64,000 bases of DNA from Squalus acanthias (Eukaryota), in contig CM059432.1 in the NCBI GenBank assembly GCA_030390025.1, forward strand, positions 101,186,001-101,250,000. The letters run 5' to 3'. Position numbers and translations under genes: made by a program. Position 1 is the stretch's first letter, and each line of letters starts with the position of its first letter. Below are positions 37,858-50,266 of this stretch, one piece after another. The notes below the pieces were generated by a model that saw only the letters and a list, made by a program, of their open reading frames with translations, made no database searches and was not told the origin of the DNA.

Positions 37858-39671
37858 ACTGGATCTAATCCAAGGCCCCAGCTATAAAAAATGATGTACG
37901 GCAAATGGGGCTAAAAGGTACTGACTGTGGAAAAGATTCTGCTCAAAATCATGTGATGTATATAAATCCCAAATGTTTCAGAACATTAGCTGAAAATCAA
38001 GTGCCATTTCCTACCAGCTCACATGTAACCTTGCAGCTACTTCAAGGGTTCCCTACACTGCACAACTTCAGTTAAGTCCTGAAATAATTACATAGAGTAT
38101 CTTCACATTACAATGCTGGTGTGACAATATTTAACAGCTATAATCATAACAGGTAAGAAGATATTAGTGACAGCTGTAAGTAAAGGACTTCTTCTCCAGA
38201 TGGCAGCATAAATATAACTGAGTTCAAGATATTGGCAGAGCACAGCATATATGTTGTGAGGTAAAATAGAATTCAGGTAAAGTTTGGATTTGTTCCACAA
38301 AACATGTACAAGGTTTCATTTAGTTTTATTGAATGCTTCATGGGAGAAAACTTGGAAAGTTCTGGAGCTGAATAAAGAAGGTGGGATATGTGAGTACATC
38401 AGATATCCAGCTCAAAGATTGATCCTAATTTTCCGACACGCCCCCCAAGCCCGGAAGTAGGCCTGAAGTATAATGCAACGGTTCTGATTTGGCCAAGCAT
38501 GAATTTGATGGGCGAGGTCATTTGAATGGTCCAATTGTACAGCGTGCTTAGAAATATGATCCATGAGAAGAGGCTGGAACAAAAAGGTAGTACTTAGCTT
38601 TACAGGTTTCCATTTCTTGATGCCTGACCCCAGACTCTCCAATCTGAAGGGAATTCAGGTGTAAGGCCGAATGCCAGCTTCTTCAGGCACCCATGTGTCT
38701 GAGCAGCCTTCCGGCGTACTTTGAGAAAAATGAGGCAAAAAGACTTTGAACGTTGTCTTTCGCCTCATTTAAATGCCATGTTTCATCTGCACCTGTTGTC
38801 AGCACAGGCATTTGCCAACATAGCCACCACCACCACCCCACTCCCCCAACTCTACCCTTGAGGGATGCCCCTGAAATCCCAGCGCAATGTAAACAGGCAG
38901 AGATGCAGCGTAACAGGTCTCCCTTCCCTATTTTCCATGCTTTGTGCCTGGGGAATAAAGGCACAAGCCATGGGGAAGTTGGCCCCATTATATTTAGGAC
39001 TTTTTTTTAACAAGAAAACAGTATTTGTTAGTGCAGAAATGTTCAAGATATATGAATTCATAGAGAAACAAAGGAGCTGAAATTCCACAGAGGTTCACTG
39101 ATCACCTGCCATCTTGTGAAACACAAGAAACCACACTATAACTTGAATATGTAATTTGTGACTTTGTGTAAGAAGCATGTTGGTACTGATACCATTATAA
39201 TTTAGTAACTGACCTAAGCTCAGTATCTGAACTTTTCAGGTGGCAATACAAACAAGGATAACAGCTCATTAGCAACATAAAAAGATACATGTGGGGCTGA
39301 ATTTCCACAGAAATTCTCTCACTCTTCCACCGTAACCCTGGAGGACATTACATGCAGGAGATACAATGGCAGTGGAAAAAATAAATGTTACAAGCTGGAT
39401 TGCTCCACCACACAGTATCACAATTTTAAAAATGCCCGACAGGGGATTTAGTTTATGAATAATCCATTTAAAATGTTTTTAGAGTAGAGTTCTCCTTTAC
39501 GGATTAAAGTTTCAGCTTCAGATAAAGATCAGTCTGCGTATGGCAGCTCACTGCAAATGTGCACTGACTTTAGGGTTGGATTTTTATGCAAATATTTGAA
39601 ACTATACAATGCAGTACAGTTGCTATCCAAATGCTATAAAATACAGTATGCTGTATAATGTAGTCCAAGCT

Positions 39672-40145
39672 AAGAACATAAGAGCATAATAAATAGGAGC
39701 AGGAATAGGCCACTTGGCCCCTCGAGCCTGCTCCACCATTCAATAAGATCATGGCTGATCTAGGGCTCAAAGCCAGTTCCCTGCCCGCTCCCCATAACCC
39801 TTCACTCCCTTATCTTGCAAAAATTTGTCTATCTCCACTTTAAATGTATTTAATGACCCAGCCTCCACAGCTCTCTGGGGCAGAGAATTCCACAAATTTA
39901 CGACCCTCTGAGAGAAGAAGTTCCTCTTCATCTCAGTTCTAAAAAGGCGACCCTTTATTCTGAGACTGTGCCCCGGAGTTCTAGATTTCCCCATGAGGGG
40001 AAACATCCTCTCTGCATCTACCCTGTCGAGCCCCCTCAGTATCTTATATGTTGCAATAAGATCACCTCTCATTCATCTAAATTCCAATGAGTATAGGCCC
40101 AGCCTGCTCAACCTTTCCTCATAAGTCAAACCCCTCATCTCTGGG
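39672..40145 (-). mobile_element. CR1 3' fragment
   Basis: ORF 39767-40072 MRGDLIATYKIL...RNFFSQRVVNLWNSLP; tail AAGAACATAAGAGCATAA. Confidence 0.92.
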
Positions 40146-41376
40146 GTACGCATACCTCAGTGAACTTTACTGCAAGTCTCGCCTGAATGCTGTCTCTCGC
40201 TGAGAGCTACGACTAAAAGGTACATCATTAAAACTACACATCATTCGGCTATCAAATACTTGGAGCAGTTTACTGTGTGCACAGAAAGAGAATAGGGCTG
40301 GTTGGTATACTTGTCCAAGTGTTTACATTTTTAAACCTTAAGTGGGCTTTCTCCCATATATCTGAGCTTGCATTTCATTCAGGCATAGGATAAAATTGTA
40401 AAAGCCAACATCCTTTTTATGAAAAAAATTTGACAGGATACTTAAAATTAGACAGGATGCAATAGAAATCCCTTAAGGGAAGGTGGAATGCCGACGCACT
40501 CTTCATTCATGATGTCACTGCAGCTAAACTTTATGTCACAGCAAGGGGAGCAGTAAGCAAAATGCCTGTTCTAGGTAGCAGGTACAGAATGTGAAACAGG
40601 GTGACAAGGGTTGCCTGAGAGACACAAATACAGAAATTTCCCTTTATAGTAGTTAATATTATTCAGTAAACTATACTTTCCTTTAAATTGTTATCATAGA
40701 AACTGAAGCATCTGGTGTTGGCAGGTATTTTGTGGTATCACTAAATTATTATATTTTTGAATTTTTTATAAATATATATGCCCGTGAGGATTAATCCTCC
40801 AATATTTCAATGTACTTTGTCAATGATTTGACAAAGAAAGCACTTGAATTTATAAAGCACCTTGTCACATGCTCAGGACGTCCCGAAGTGCTTTACAACC
40901 AGGTATTGAAAAGGCAGCACCGGCTCAGATTTAGCAAAGTTAGCAGGCAGTATTTTTGGAAAGACTTCCGTTATGTAAACACCTTATGTTGCGTTGTTTG
41001 CAGAGAAAGCAAAAAAATGAATCTAAATATGTCTATAAAAGCATCATCACATGCAGACAGAGAAATAGATATTACAACATTTTAAAATTTCAAACACATT
41101 GCCATTTGCGTCAACACCCAACGATGTCACGCACGCAGCATGAAGGTGACTGTTCACATTCACATTATCATTTTGCATTTGTCTTTTCAGACAATTCAGA
41201 ACGGATGCTCAAACACAAAACTTCCATTCTCTGCAGTGTTGTCACTCATCATTACCCTGATTATGCAATCACTGATCTGTAATTGAAACCACTGCAGATA
41301 ATGCTGAGGCCAGCGCTCAGTGGTTTGAAAGAAAACCATAACCTTCTGAAATCACTATTTTCTGGGAGCACTCATT

Positions 41377-41706
41377 AGAAAGAAAGAAAGACTTGCATTT
41401 ATATAGCACCTTTCATGACCACCGGACGTCCCAAAGCGCTTTATAGCCAATGAAGTACTTTTTGAAGTGTAGTCACTGTTGTAATGTAGGAAACATGGCA
41501 GCCAATTTGTGCACAGCATGCTCCCACAAACAGCAATGTGATAATGACCAGATAATCTGTTTTACTGATGTTGGTTGAGCGATAAGTATTAGCCAGGACA
41601 TTGGTGATAACTCCCCTGTTCTTCTTCGAAATAGTGCCATGGGATCTTTTACGTCCACCTGAGAGAGCAGACGGGGCCTCGGTTTAACGTCTCATCCGAA
41701 AGACGG
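41377..41706 (-). mobile_element. Deu-domain SINE, 5'-truncated
   Basis: Reverse complement CCGTCTTTCGGATGAGACGTTAAACCGAGGCCCCGTCTG...AAAGATCCCATGGCAC...; (TTTC)n tail. Confidence 0.9.
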
Positions 41707-44347
41707 AATCTTGATTAGGACTCTTGTTTTCAGGAGTTCTAACAGTGTAATTCTGACAGCCTTAACACAGTAAATAGTCTTTTAAACAGTCTTTTAAACA
41801 GTCCTGCAATGTGAAGAAGGTAGATTTAAACCAAAAATAAACAAATTAACATTTAATCAAAGCAGAGTTGATGACAGTTATTTCATGTATGTTCTTTTCA
41901 GGCACCAACTGATTCCCAATCTGGTTAAACTAGCACTGATGCATTTGGTTCAGAGGATAAGATGGAGGGAGAAGGGGACCCGATACATAGGCTTATGGTC
42001 AACTTACTTTCCACCAGTCCTTCTTGATTAAAATAATATTCTGACTGGTAACCTTTTAAAATTTGTGCTCCCAGTGTGAAGTTTTATATACTTGAAGTGC
42101 AAATTCATAAAATCTTTGCTTTAATTTCATGTCTCCATTCTCATGTTACTCTTTCTACTTTTAGTCTCTGTTATTCTCTTGTGTGTTTTGTTACTCACTC
42201 TTTCTTTCCTTTTTTACTCCCATCCTGTGTTTCTGTCTCCTTTTACACTCTGTGCCTATCTCTCTGCTACTTTCTCAATGGTCATGGTGCATTCTCTGTT
42301 ACCTCAGCCGCCATTGCCAACCATTTCTTTTTCCTTCAGTGATCTGCAATTTCTGCCTTTTCCTCCAGTGATGTTTCACAATGGGACCAAAGCCATGGGA
42401 GCTGGGAACAGAGTGCAGCACCAGAGAGTGAAGAAAGATACGGGGGAGATGAGAAGGATGAGAAACAGCCCAAAAAAGCAATGAGCAGAGAAGTTCAGGA
42501 TGATAGAGAATAGCTGGAAGTGGCACCACAGGGAGCATGGAGTCCTCAGCATGTGCATGCCTATGCATGTGTTCTTCACATCAGGCCTTAAGTCATTGTG
42601 CCAGGAACTGGCATACAAGGTGGGGGGTGGGGGGGAGGGGGGCGGAGCAGGTGAGTGGATGTGGTGTTTCTGTTCCTGGGTGAGGCTTCACACTCAGTTG
42701 AGACTATTGATTTTTATTGGGGAGAGTAGCAGATATAGAACTGATTAGAAGATGGATGGGATGGAAGTTTATTGTTTAATTTGTGATATTTTTGTGAATT
42801 ATCACATTTTGTGTGTGTTTATTACGTGATAAAGTTAATTTAACATAGGAACAAGAATAGGCCATTCAACCCCTCGAGCCTGTTCTGCCATTCAATCAGA
42901 TCATGGTTGATTTATATCTTAATTCTATCGACCTGCCTTGGCTCCATATCCCTCAATACGCTTGCCTAACAAAAATCTACCAATCTTAATTTTAAAATTT
43001 TCAATTGAACTAGCCTCAACGGCTTTTTGGGGGAATACAGTTCCAGATTTCCACTACTTTTTGTGAAGAAGTGGTTCCTGACATCACCCCTGAACAGCTT
43101 AGCTCCAAGTGTAAGGGTATGCCCCTTTGTTCTGCCCTCCCCCACCAAAAGAAATAGTTTCTCTCTATCTACCCTGTCAACTCCTTTAATCATAATAAAC
43201 ACCTCAATTGGATCATCCTTTAATCTTCTATGCACAAGGGAATACAAGACTAGTCTATGCAACCAGTCCTCTAATTTAACGCTTTTAACTCCAGTATCAT
43301 TCTGGTGAATTTGCACTGCACCCCCTCCAAGGCCAATACATCTTTCCTGAGGTATGGTGCCCAGAACTGAACACAGTACTCTAAATATGGTCGAACCAGA
43401 GCTTTATATAACTGTAACATAACTTCTACCTCTTTATATTCCAGCCCCCTTGAGATAAAGGCCAAAATTCCATTAGCCTTTTTCATTACTTTTTGTACCT
43501 GTACCCTTTGCAACTTTCTGCTGCCATCTATGCTACTTACTGCACCACTTAACTTGGTATTGTCACCAAACTTGGATATACGGCTCTCTATTTCTTCATC
43601 GAAATCAGTTATAAATATTGTAAAAAGCTGAAGCCCTAGTACAGATCCCTGGGGGACACCACTGGTCATATCCTGCCAATTTGAGTAAATATCTATTATC
43701 CCAACTCTATGGCCGCGATTTCCCCTACTTTGGCGAGTCCGGTATGACAGGGTCAGTGGCAGGTTGCGACCCCGCTGCTGGCTCCAGCCCGCTGTCCAAA
43801 GTGATTTTACGTTGATTGGGCTTGTTAAGCCGGCCAGTTGAAGGAAGCGGGACTGATGAAGTCACTTGATCACACGTCATCAGTCGGTTTCCTTTAAGGG
43901 ACCATGCGCACATTGATTTTGACAGTTGTGTTGTCAGTGTTCTACACCATTGAGGTGCTGCAAACACTGACAAGCTCTGCACAGAGGTGCACGGCTGCAC
44001 CCAGGCTCTCCCATTACTCCCTCCATCTGCTTATGGAGGGAGTCACAGCATGCAGGGAGGTCATCTTCCCTTCACATGGATGGAAGAGACCTCCCCAGGA
44101 GACCAACATAGCCTGGTTGCACAGGAGGACACAAGCAGGGATGTCATTCGGAGGATCAGGCTGCAGTGGCGCAAACCTTTCAATGATCTCAGTAAATCAC
44201 GAAACATTACTGCAAAGCCACACTCAGCCTCATCCTGCTGTGCCACTCATTACATCCCCATCACTCTGCCTTCCCTACCCTACTCCTGCACATCCTTACT
44301 CACACCAACTTACCTTGCACCTCCACCCATCCCTCTCTATCTACATT

Positions 44348-45108
44348 GGACCAAAAATTCGGCTGAATACGGGAGAGTACGAATTGTGTACTCTCGCGTA
44401 TTCAGTCCCGAAGTGCCGGTTTCCTGCATGCACTGCGCATGCGTGGGAAACCGGCACTTCCGGTATGGCGAAGGGGGCGGTTCCTAAGTGAACCGCGTGC
44501 ACACTAGAGGCTGTGCGCACGCAGCACACTTAGGTTTTTTTCAGGTTTCAACGCGAAGGTAAGTATGGAAGATTTTACACATGAAGAAAGGAGGCGTAAG
44601 ACCCCCTTTTAACAAGGTAAGTAGTTAATTAAGTATTATTTTAAATTTTTTTCAACAGGTTTATCTTTTTTAGAGACTTTAAAGAAAGGTAAGTTTATTT
44701 TTATAACTTTTAAAAAGAATTTAATTTTTTTCAAAAATTTAAATTTTTGTTTAAAGTGGTTAATTTATTTAACTATAGTTATTTTATTAATGTGATGTTT
44801 TTTTAAAATTTATTTGAGGTTTAGCTGTTCTTTTGGGGGCAATTTGTATTCATAGTTTTGACAGTTCTCCTGTCAAATCTATGAATGAAAGATGGTGTGC
44901 TGCCATTGGCTCTCCATGGCCCACGTGATCCCAGAGGTCGCATCGAACTAACTGCGCCTCTGGGACACGCACACACTGCGCGCCGGCACCAGGGAGAGGC
45001 CCAGGAGCTGAAGTTCGTGTGGGCCCGAAACACAACGGCCGGCGCGGAGTGTGATATCGCGGGGGATCCTTACCCCCGCGGCAAGCCTCCGAGTCAAATT
45101 TCTGGGCC
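44348..45108. mobile_element. Hairpin-rich Harbinger-type MITE, family C copy 1
   Basis: Termini GGACCAAAAATT and AATTTCTGGGCC; TSD ATT; empty site CTACATTATCAC visible in the other family B copy. Confidence 0.9.
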
Positions 45109-45729
45109 ATTATCACTTCCCCATCTTACTAACTCACCCTCATCCTGGTCCAATCATACCAACTAACAACACACAAGGGTAGGCACTTGTGTGTTTTAGC
45201 CAATGTTCATGTGAAGTTTCTGTTAATGTGCTGTCAAACATTGAAATCTTTATTTTCAACACTTTGTGTTCTTGGACAGATTTGTATGCGCCTTTGGAAG
45301 TGGCTTAGTGAGTTGCAGTGGATGGTGAGACATAACGGTACTCCCCGCAATGGCGATGAGTGTGAAAGGAATGGCTTGGGCATTGTAGGGATGCTTTATG
45401 GTGTTGGTGTGGGGTGGTGCCAACCTGGCGCATCATGTGCCAGCCAGGGTGTACAGCATCAAGTGAAGTAAATCTGGCTATGTTGAGGCCATCCCTGGCG
45501 TCCCGGCCAGCAATGTGGTTGGGTGCTGATGCCCTGTGTCCTGTGCAGGATCAGGTGATTGTGGAGAAGATTGGTGTTGTTGTTGGTGCTGCTGGTGTGC
45601 TTGGTGCTGCTGGTGTTGGGGCTGATTGTGGTGGGATTCTGAGGACCAAGGTGAGATAGTTTCAAGGGCACCGATGCTAATGTAAAAGATGGCAGGTGAA
45701 GTTGAGATGACAGAAGTGATCCATCACTG

Positions 45730-46971
45730 GACACTCGGCTCCCGACCTCAGCCTTGGTCCAAGCATGGAAAAAAGAGCTGAATTCCAGAGGTGAGGTGAG
45801 AGTGACTGCCCTTGACATCAAGGCAGCATTTGACCGAGTGTGGCATTAAGGAGCCCTAGTAAAACTGAAGTCAATGGGAATCGGGGGGGGAAACTCTCCA
45901 CTGGCTGGGGTCATACCTAGCACAAAGGAAGATGGTTGTGGTGATTGAAGGTCAATCATCACAGCCCCAGGACATCACTGCAGGAGTTCCTCAGGCCAGT
46001 GTCCTCGGCCCAACCATCTTCAGCTGCTTCATCAATGACCTTCCCTCCAACATAAGGTCTGAAATGGGGATGTTCGCTGATGACTGCACAGTGTTCAGTG
46101 CCATTCACAACTCCTCAGATAATGAAGCAGTCCATGCCCACATGCAACAAAACCTGGACGACGTTCAGGCTTGGGCTGATAAGTGGCAGGTAACATTTGT
46201 GCCACACAAGTGCCAGGCAATGACTATCTCCAACAAGCGAGAATCTAACCACTGCCCCCTGACATTCAATGGCATTACCATCGCCGAATCCCCCACCATC
46301 AACATCTTGGGGGTCACCATTGACCAGAAACTTAACTGGACCAGCCACATAAATACTGTGGCAACAAGAGCAGGTCAGAGGCTAGGTATTCTGCGGCGAG
46401 TGTCTCACCTCTTGACTCCCCAAAGCCTTTCTACCATCTACAAGGCACAAGTAAGGAGTGTGATGGAATACTCTCCACTTGCCTGGATGAGTGCAACTCC
46501 AACAACACTCAAGAAGTTTGACACCATCCAGGACAAAGCAGCCCGCTTGATTGGCACCCCATCTACCACCCTTAAACATTCACTCCCTCCACCACCGGCG
46601 TACCGTGGCTGCAGTGTGTGCCATCTACAAGATGCACTGCAGCAACTCGCCAAGGCTTCTTCAGCAGCACCTCCGCAACCTCTTCCACCTAGAAGGACAA
46701 GGGCAGCAGACGCATGGGAACACCACCACCTCCAAGTTCTCCTCCAAGTCACACAATATCCTGACTTAGAAGTATATCGCCGATCCTTCACTGTCGCTGG
46801 GTCAAAATCCTGGAACTCCCTACCTAACAGCGCTGTGGGAGTACCTTCACCACACGGACTGCAGCGGTTCAAGAAGGCAGCTCACCACCACCTTCTCGAG
46901 GGCAATTAGAGATGGGCAATAAATGTTGGCCTTGCCAGCGACACCCACATCTCATAAACAAATAACAAAAA
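45730..46971 (+). mobile_element. CR1-group (Zenon-like) LINE 3' part nested in Harbinger family B
   Basis: ORF 45932-46909 GVPQASVLGPTIFSCFINDL, MFADDC, IYKAQVRSVMEYSPLAW; A-rich tail; host element resumes at about 46972. Confidence 0.92.
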
Positions 46972-49102
46972 ATGGTAAGAGAGGTTGTTCAAATGAGGTG
47001 ACACTGGATACAGAGTTTACTCCAAACACTTGCAACCTGCATAAAGCTCAATCTGTCTTCCAAATGCAGTAAGCAACAGCTTCTGACCTTGGAAAGCTAT
47101 GAGACATTAGCTTTTATACCACATTTGCAGCTGTCAAGTAAAGAGATGGTGACACAACTCCCGACCTGCTGAGCTGACGTGATCCCAGAGCAGCATGGAA
47201 CCTGTGGGCAACCTCGTAAAATTTAAAGGTGAGCTCAAAACAGTTTTTAAGTGGCTGTTAACAAGCTCTTAATCACCTAAATTGCCTCCCCCACCGCTTG
47301 GTGTCGGGTCTGTTCAGTGATGACAGACCCGACATCTGGGAAACTAGTGTGGCGGCGGATTGAGAGTGGGTTCCCTACCTGCTGTCAAAAACATTTTTTC
47401 CCCACCCGACCTGCCACCAAATGTGTCCGCTGACCCCCTGAAAAATTACCCCCTCTGTCTCTATCTCCTAACCAATTCCCTACCCATGTCACTAGGTTGC
47501 CTCCAATTCCACGCACTCTCATTTTTGTTAACAATCTCTGATGTGGAACCTTATTAAATGCCTTCTGGAAGTCCATTTAAATAACATCCATAGACACTCT
47601 GACACTTTAGTTACCTTCTCAAAAATATCAACTAGGTTCGTTAGACATGACTTACCTTTTACAGATCCATGCTAGTTTGCTGTGATATGTTTATATGTAT
47701 TCAAGAGCTCAGCCACTCTGTCCCTAATAACAGATTCTAGTAACTTCCCCACAACAGACATTCGACCTATAATTTCCCAGATTATCTCTCCTACCCTTCT
47801 AAATAATGAAATAACATTGGCAATTTTCCAATCCAAGGGGACAATTCCTGAATCAAGAGAGTTTTCGAAGATCATGACAAGAGCATCTATAATTTCCTCA
47901 CCACCTTCTTTTAATGCCCTGGAGTGGAAACCATCAGGTCCTGGAGATTTGTCTATCTTTAGTCTCATTAGTTTCTCCATTACCATGTTTTTACTTCTAT
48001 TAAATCTAGTAAATTCCTCCCCATGATTTTTATTTGTATTTTAAAATATGTTTTTTATACTTTGGGAGGGTGAGGGGCTGTCAAGCTGACTGTATGCCAA
48101 GAACTGTATAGGGGGTAGAATGTGATCGTTCAGAGACTAAATAATGATACAACAGAAATGGTTCTTGAATATGATTTGTCATTTGTGCTATGTTTCTAGG
48201 ACATTATTGGCTCCTGGTTCTGGGATGTGATTGGATGAAGGGGCAATGGTCTGTGGTTTTGCTGATTGGAAGGAATCTGTGAGGCAAAACATTACATTCA
48301 CACTGAGACAAGATTTTTAATAATATGCATATATGTATTTTTTTAATGGGGCTTTGCCAGTTATTGCAGAAGCTTTTGGAGAAGGTAATTAATCCTGCAA
48401 TATTCCTTTGACAGACTTAGTGGAATGGTCTCTTCAAATGTTTTGTAATTAGTCTGCAAGTGACTATACATGGAGACCAGTGTCTTCAGTGTTTAAATTG
48501 TTAAAGAAAGAACTTGCATTTATAAAGAGTCATTCACAACATCAGGACACACCAAAGTGCTTTACAACCAATGAAATACTTTCTGAAATGTAGTTGTTGT
48601 TGTAGTGTACTTATGATAGTTTATTTCAAAAGAACCAGCCAGTGCTGTAACAAAATATTTGCCTTGCATCTCAATCGCCAGATCTTTGGGTTCAAGCCCC
48701 AGAGGTCTCCCAACTGTCTCTACTATATATATATGATATGTTTCATTAATCTTCAGCCAACTGTCAGTAAGGACTCTGCCACCCGGTGAAAAACTGACAT
48801 GTATTAACTTTTTGTCAGATGAACACACTTAACAACTAAACCTGGCACTGGAAATCAGGACCAGCGGTCTGCAGTTCCATTTTTTTAACTTGAGGTTGAT
48901 AGTGCCAGAAACAAGATTAAGAGGTGAGAGACAAGAATTGAAGCTATATAATGAAGGGGAGGGGGCAGGGTGGGGGGACGGGTGGTAGTGGTTTGGTGAT
49001 TTATGCTATTCATTCTGTCTGTCAGTGAATGAGTGTTCAGTCAATTCATTTTCAAAGCAAGAATGCTCCAAAATATTGCAAGCCACTGTCTTGATCCAGA
49101 AA

Positions 49103-49188
49103 TGCCGACGAAGGAGCAACAGCTCCGAAAGCTTGTGATTTCAAATAAAACTGTTGGACTATAACCTGGTGTTGTGCGACTTCTCATT
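49103..49188 (+). mobile_element. 86-bp Penelope-like pLTR fragment with a degenerate hammerhead core
   Basis: TSD TTGATCCAGAAA (49091-49102, 49189-49200); CCGACGA-A-GGAGC-AACA-GCTCC-GAAA-GCTT; followed by AATAAA. Confidence 0.75.
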
Positions 49189-50266
49189 TTGATCCAGAAA
49201 GTGCAATAGGCTACAGCTTACTGAGAGGGATCGCACTGAGCTGTGCATCTGTGTTCACAGCCACACTATGTGCCAGTTGTACTGACAAATCCTACTGTGA
49301 TGGATTGCATTATTTCAGAGCATCCAGGGAAATGTAGATTAAAAGAAGCTATTTTCACCTACCCCACATTCTGAGAGACTCTAGCTATCCAGGCATTTTA
49401 AACAAATGCAAGTAATGACTTGTGTGTGACAAGCTGCAATCGCTTTTTATTTTCACATAATCATGCTCATGCTGGTAAGCCATGTAGAGGGTGAGCCAGT
49501 TCGAGTCCGAGTCTCATTTGTATTCTAAGCAACATGGCTAGCTTCTTACTAAAATAAATAATGTAAGCCTGCACCGATTTAATTCACCTGTGAGATTTAT
49601 GGTAAAATACTTTGAGAAAAAGCAAATAAAAATATTACATTTCGGAATGCAAGTCTTTAATATGCATGGCAGTTTATTTGTCTTTACATATCTACTTTTT
49701 CAACATGCCTCAAAATTGATTTATAGTCTATTTTCCTAACCATATTTGCACTAATAAGATTTATATTAAAACAAACTCACTTTTTGTTTATTATGAAATA
49801 TGAAAATGAATCAAAAATGTACCAATATTTGAACATTAAGGGTGCATTTACACTATAACAACGGCATTGGTTGACACTGCAGTTATATGTAAATGCAATC
49901 TGAAACTAGAATCAGGGCCTGAATGATGAGGAGTGAAATTTCCTGGAGAAGGTAGTCTTACTCCACTTTGCTTCTGAATCAGTTCAGATCTTGATGTCAG
50001 GTTTCCATGCTACAAATTGAGCATGAGTACAAAGCTGAAACCACTTCACACCGATGCTATAACCTGTAGCATGAATACACCATCAGTTCTTTCTAAAAGT
50101 GGTGTAAATGAAGGTTGCTTTTTGAAAGGCAAAGAGCCATAACTAATGAATAATTAAGCAAGGCAAATAAAATGCTGCCAGTTACAATTTTTTTTCTAAG
50201 CAGCATCCTTTTAATTTTGTGGGCATGATTTTATTTTAATTCTTAGATTTTGAGAAGCTGATTATA

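Larger units (their letters stand above)
43711..47453 (+). mobile_element. Harbinger family B copy 2, containing two further nested insertions
   Basis: Termini GGCCGCGATTTCC and AAAAATTACCCCC; flanks TAT/TCT; Myb exon 1 remnant at about 43990-44200; collinear with the reverse complement of 3756-5539. Confidence 0.88.
42842..48025 (-). mobile_element. Decayed CR1 split by Harbinger insertion (CR1 parts 42842-43710 and 47454-48025)
   Basis: ORFs 42966-43316, 43271-43669 ([11 protein letters not shown]), 47385-47576 (DFQKAFNKVPH) and 47672-47986 (KSPGPDG) are collinear across the insertion. Confidence 0.9.

Noticed and set aside
49843..49897. Hairpin TGCATTTACA...TGTAAATGCA as a miRNA precursor
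   Set aside because: Stem is short and interrupted with a large loop; more likely an old repeat remnant
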